DNA of 28,236 nt from Geodermatophilaceae bacterium (lineage in GTDB: Bacteria; Actinomycetota; Actinomycetes; Mycobacteriales; Geodermatophilaceae): positions 1 through 28,236 of the forward strand of contig JACCUF010000079.1 in NCBI GenBank assembly GCA_013811975.1. The letters run 5' to 3'. The number at the start of each line of letters is the position of its first letter. The first letter of the stretch is position 1. The notes under the pieces are model-generated. The model searched no databases, was not told the origin of the DNA, and was given only the letters and a program-made list of their open reading frames with translations. This document shows, in pieces, positions 27,371 to 28,236 of the stretch. Both the position numbers and the translations under genes were made by a program.

Positions 27371-28236
27371 CTACGGGGCTGGTCCGGCGCTTGCTCCGGG
27401 TGGCCAGTCGTGTCGGGGTCGGGGTGGTCGATGGGTCAGGTTGATCCTGGGCCGTCGGTTAGGTTCTATTCGGGCCGGTGGTCGGAGCCAGATCCGGCCG
27501 CGGTGGTGGAAGGCTTCCCATTCGCCGTGTTCGATCTCGCGGTGGCGGTGCCAGCGAACAGGCCCCCGTTTGCCTGATCCGTGCGGGCTCCACGCACCAC
27601 GGGAGAAGGTATGTATCTGGCACCAGGCTGTGGGGCGTCCGCATCCCGGCCAGACACACCCACCGTCCCGGATCTCGATCACCGTGCGGGGTCCTCCGGT
27701 GAACAGGCGGCGTTCCCGGCCCAGATCTAGGGGTTGGCCGTGACCGTCCAGGACGGCGGGGATGATCCCGGCATCACAGGCCAGCATTCGCGCCAAGGTG
27801 GGTGAGATCTCCGCCCCATCGTCCAGCACGCCAACGCCGATGCGGTCCGCCAGGTGATTGCAGGGGGATGGGACCCGGATCTGGACCTTCCCACCGGACC
27901 CGTAGGGGTCCGGGCTCAGGGTGAACTCGCGCTTGCCGAAGGCTTTGGCCTGATGGTCACGGATCTTGGCCTCGTCCCGGGTCTGCACCCCGTCGGGATC
28001 TAGCAGCTCTTCCAGGCGGCGGCCGAGCCGGCCGAGGCCGACCGGGTCCAGGGAAGCGCATTCCGCGATCAGCGTGGCCTCCCCTCGGCACGCTGGGCGG
28101 GGTCAATCTCCGGCGAGAGGTCTTTCAGTGAGTCCACAATCACCTCGGCCTGGGACAAGTGCACCAGGCCGTCAGTCACGGCCTGGGCGGTGGCCGGCAG
28201 CTGCTCGCGCAACGCGCGGGCTGTGCGGACCAACCG
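27371..28236 (-). pseudogene. DUF222/HNH endonuclease (REP13E12/Rv1128c-like) pseudogene, 5' end outside the window
   Basis: Motifs LACDAGIIPAVL.G.GQPLDLGRERRLF and RDGGCVWPGC.RP.AWC. The HNH part (PW / GARTDQANGGL / WHRHREIEHGEW) is spread over three frames. A frameshift near 28080 separates LVRTARALREQLP..AEG from EATLIAECASLDP. Confidence 0.82.

Overview
High-GC actinobacterial (Actinomycetota) chromosomal segment. The backbone is a recognisable housekeeping neighbourhood: SAM methyltransferase, SAV_6107-type HEPN, YbaK/EbsC, Rv2170-like GNAT, metF, polyprenyl synthase, Rv2175c-like protein, PknL-like PASTA kinase, threonine aldolase and class II DAHP synthase. Accessory genes are interleaved. 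The most notable part is 4.2-9.1 kb. There a perfect actinobacterial LexA box (TCGAAC-N4-GTTCGA) precedes a minus-strand DUF6504 - HEPN - dnaE2 cluster with no imuA/imuB in the window. The DnaE2 has a degenerate PHP site, no SRDF[H/R] tail and an internal QLVFDF clamp-like motif. A collapsed vapB-vapC fusion remnant, bracketed by palindromes, sits inside this cluster. Other observations are a JmjC oxygenase coupled to an Apd1/Aim32-type ferredoxin with a His-to-Asp change, a 20-bp near-palindromic bidirectional leaderless promoter, many leaderless-type starts, a 74/76-bp tandem structured repeat, and a frameshifted DUF222-HNH pseudogene at the right edge. No tRNA, rRNA, CRISPR array or transposase was seen. 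All family assignments come from recognising motifs by eye; no searches were run.
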